Part shown: positions 60,653-64,000 of the stretch, piece by piece
Layout of the letters: each line of letters opens with the position of its first letter
How positions within the stretch are numbered: the stretch's first letter is position 1
NCBI GenBank assembly: GCA_965649765.1
Contig: OZ287752.1
Coordinates: 87,234,001 to 87,298,000 of the forward strand
Direction: 5' to 3'
DNA from: Bispira polyomma
Lineage: Eukaryota
DNA: 64,000 nt
Translations under genes and position numbers: made by a program
Notes under the pieces: model-generated
What the model was told of the DNA's origin: nothing
Databases searched by the model: none
What the model saw: the letters and a program-made list of their open reading frames with translations, nothing else

Positions 60653-63600
60653 AACTTGCTAAAAAGGCCAGGTTTTTCACAGTAAAGTCAGATTACTTGC
60701 AGTATTCTGGCTAAACACAGTCTTCTCTACACATCTATCAAAGACAGTTACAAGAAAGCAAATAAATTTTTTAGTTGTGACCATTTCAATTTCCTGGGGT
60801 GCTATTCCTGAATTGTTGCATACTTTGAGATGGACATAGGGGCTGATAACCGTTTTTGCACAGAGTTAGGGACAGTCTCAGCGTTTCTATGGTTTCGACT
60901 TGGTTATAAACAAGACAAAGCACAGTTCTCGTAGCAGTTTCAGAATTGGGGAGAGTTCTCGGCGCTCGACGGACGGAGATGAAGGAATTTTTACAGATTT
61001 TGTATACAAGGATTACTATTTCAAATGCCAGAACCCAGATGGGGTAAGTGTGGTTTGCTACGTTTTCTTCCGAGTTTTCAATACTATTGGCGCTGTGGGA
61101 GTGAACGGATTGATAGACCTTGGTTCCGATTAGCTTGTCAAATTCAGCACGAGGAGATCTGTGGATTATGCAGTATTTATAGCTGATATAGGTATATTTA
61201 GGTGGTGTTGGACGTCTAGTACTCTCATATTCTATTTAATTCAAAAATTCGTCAGATTCGCGAGATTTGTTGTGAGGAATCATCAGTGTATGGTGATAAT
61301 AGGTGGCGCTAGGACCGACCTCTATATTGTTATTGCTGTCGAATTTGCAGATATTGGGAAGATCCATGTGGCGGAAGCATTTTCTCATGAATTTTTTCGA
61401 TTCAATGACGTAACTGAAATAATTATCTACACTTGAGGGATGGATCCTTAATTTTTCCTGGAGGATTATTTTTGTTTTAATCTCCATTTCAACAACAGTC
61501 ATGTTCTAGTCTGGAATTTCTTCACAATATTTCAGTCTGTGGGCTGTGGATTATTGTTACACGATGTCAGAAATCAATCCTATACAGGAAATCAAGTTTC
61601 TGGGTTATCATTTCTTTTTAAAATTTATTTTAAAGCAGAAGCATATTTTCCAGCATAGTGTTTTTGGGAGTTTACCAATGAGGAACCAGCTAGTTGGTAG
61701 AACAATATTTACAGAGGCCTGCAGTGGTTTATAAGATTTTATTCCAAATGGAATGAATTGGTTGGAGTTAAGCAGTTTTTTGGGCTTGGTAATCTTTAGC
61801 ATTGAGTTCCAGGCCAGAACGATTTCATAGTTTCGAGACCAGAGATAGGGTGATTATGACAGAATGTTCACTTCATCGACCAATGCTCGCGCTTCTGTAC
61901 ATTTTCTTATTTTGCCAACATCTAGGCGGTTGGCGATTTGATTGGTACCGGATGGATTATGTTTTCGGTCCTGTTGTCAGGTTTACCAATTTATGCGGAC
62001 ATGTCTGGTACAACTGTCATTTAGGATAGTCCTAGTCATAGGATGATCAGACGGGGAATATGAAGCTTAAGACCGTTGCTGTATAGGGTACCTGCTGACT
62101 TTATGATGTCTGTAACTCATTAACTGAATTAATTGGCATCTGAGCTTCCATATTCTGTTTCACTAGTGATCATTCCAGCCATAAAACCTGCCCTGGATGG
62201 TTCATATGCTGGAGTTACTTTTTGGTGTTCTTGCAGATCGGGAAGATATTATCTTGTTAGATCCGACAGAGTTCACAAGGACTATTTTATTTTCATACAT
62301 ACAGTCATATGCTGATGAGCTGTTTGTTTCTCTCATTTTTCGTTCTCTCCATGTGAGTTCTTGAAGTGAAGAGTTTTTCTGTTGGGGAAGATGATGCCAT
62401 CTGGATGACTATTTATTTGCTTGCGACTACAGTGCAGTACCTTACCCATTAAGTGGGTGATGGATTGATTCTCGATCTGGGTTTTTATGCTCTACATGTT
62501 TAGTACTTGTATATGGGCGTGCTCTATTTTATCATGTCTTAAAGTAGAAGTTTGAAGGAATACTTGCTGGTTCATAAGAAATGTCTAATGTAGTAACTTT
62601 ATCCTTCAAATACAGCACCACTTGCCATAGAGTAAAGTAGGCTGCTGGTTGAATACTTACTGGCACATAAGCAATTGTCCAGTAAAGTAGTTTCTTAGTC
62701 CTTGTAATACAGCACTAATTACCATGGGGTGAAGTAGTTTGCTGGTTGAATTTTTACTGTTCATTAAACTGTCCAGTGCAGTAACTTTTTTTATCCTTAA
62801 AGGACAGCACTACTTGCATGTTGAAGAGTATGCTGTTGGTTGAATACTTACTGGTTTGTAAGAAACTGTCCAGGAGAGTATTTTTCCTTATACTTCCGGT
62901 ACAGCTCCACTTACCTTGGTTTGGAGGTGGTTGGTTTACCTGGTTTTCAAAACTGTCAGTAATTCTTTTAATCCTTAACGGACATCACTACTTTCATGAA
63001 TTTGAGTAGGCTGTTGGTTGAGTGCTTACTGGTTCTTTAGGAACTGTTCAGTGACGTAACTTTTGTTTACCTTAAAGTACAGCATCACTTATCTTGGGGT
63101 GAAATGAGATGCTGGTTTACTACTTACTGGTGCCAATACACTTATCAGTGAAGTAGTTTCTTCTTACTATGTTTTACTATATTTAATATGTTTACTATGT
63201 ACAGTTCTACTTACATTATCTGAGTGGTCTGTTGGTTATATATTTATTGGTTCAAAAGGAAATATCCAGTGAAGTATCGTTATTTATCTTTGCAGGACAG
63301 CACTACTTACCACAAAGTCAAGTAGTCTATTGTTGGCCTACTTACTGGTTTCATTAGAAATTGTCCAGTGAAGTAATTTCTTTTATACTGTCTACATACA
63401 TCTTTGCATGTGGTGATGACTTGTCTGTTTCTCTTGCAGCCCTTTCATTGACTGGCATATTGTGAAGAGATAAGCTGTGGGATGTGATGTCATTTTGATG
63501 AAAGTTTAGCATAATAGCCAGAGGACATCATCTTCTTGGCATATAGACATGCATATGTGGTACAGTCATATCTGTGTAGAACGCAGCACTACTTGTTATT

Positions 63601-64000
63601 CAGTTAGATAGTTGACTGTTTTGTCAGACTTACATGCTTCGTCTGAAGTGTCAGAGTAAGACAAATAACTTATCATCGACAACTAATGCTTCAAAACTCT
63701 TTAAATCCTTAAGTGGGGCTCTGTTTCAAATAACCCTCCTCCTTCAAGGTTGGATTCAAGCATTAATGAGGATAAGGTAAAGAGTATTTATCGCAATAAA
63801 ATGTAAAACATTTATTGTAATTTATCTTTTTGGAAGATAAATACTTACCTTATCCTAATTAAGCCAGATTCCGCCCAGCCTTTTATTTGTGCAAACATTA
63901 TTTATTATTATTATTACAGATTTTTAACGCGCTTTATTGATGCTAGGCATCTTCTAAAGCGCAACAGCAGAATCATTAGTCCAATCATTAAGTCCATGGA

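Overview
Eukaryotic (animal; most likely an invertebrate such as a mollusc, which is an inference from SINE/HINE types and intron style) genomic DNA. It is dominated by one + strand gene, CFAP44/WDR52 (axonemal WD40 + coiled-coil protein). I traced 33 coding exons from 6812 to the stop at 55700. All visible junctions are GT-AG and phase-compatible, totalling 5143 nt (~1713 codons); the 5' exons appear to lie left of the window. The most striking structure is that about half of the splice donors and about a third of the acceptors are tandemly amplified. Each repeat unit carries the exon edge plus the GT or AG, each junction has its own unit, arrays extend only into the intron, and the authentic site is always the copy next to the unique exon body. 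Also found: a probable U12-type branch point before the first visible CFAP44 exon; a candidate antisense nested gene for a small secreted cysteine-containing peptide (exon 2688-2855); a solo LTR with 4-bp TSD; a Kolobok-type element; other MITEs; Helentron-associated elements with an internal satellite; tRNA-derived SINEs; and a decayed LINE. Most entries in the supplied ORF track are translations of tandem repeats, not genes.
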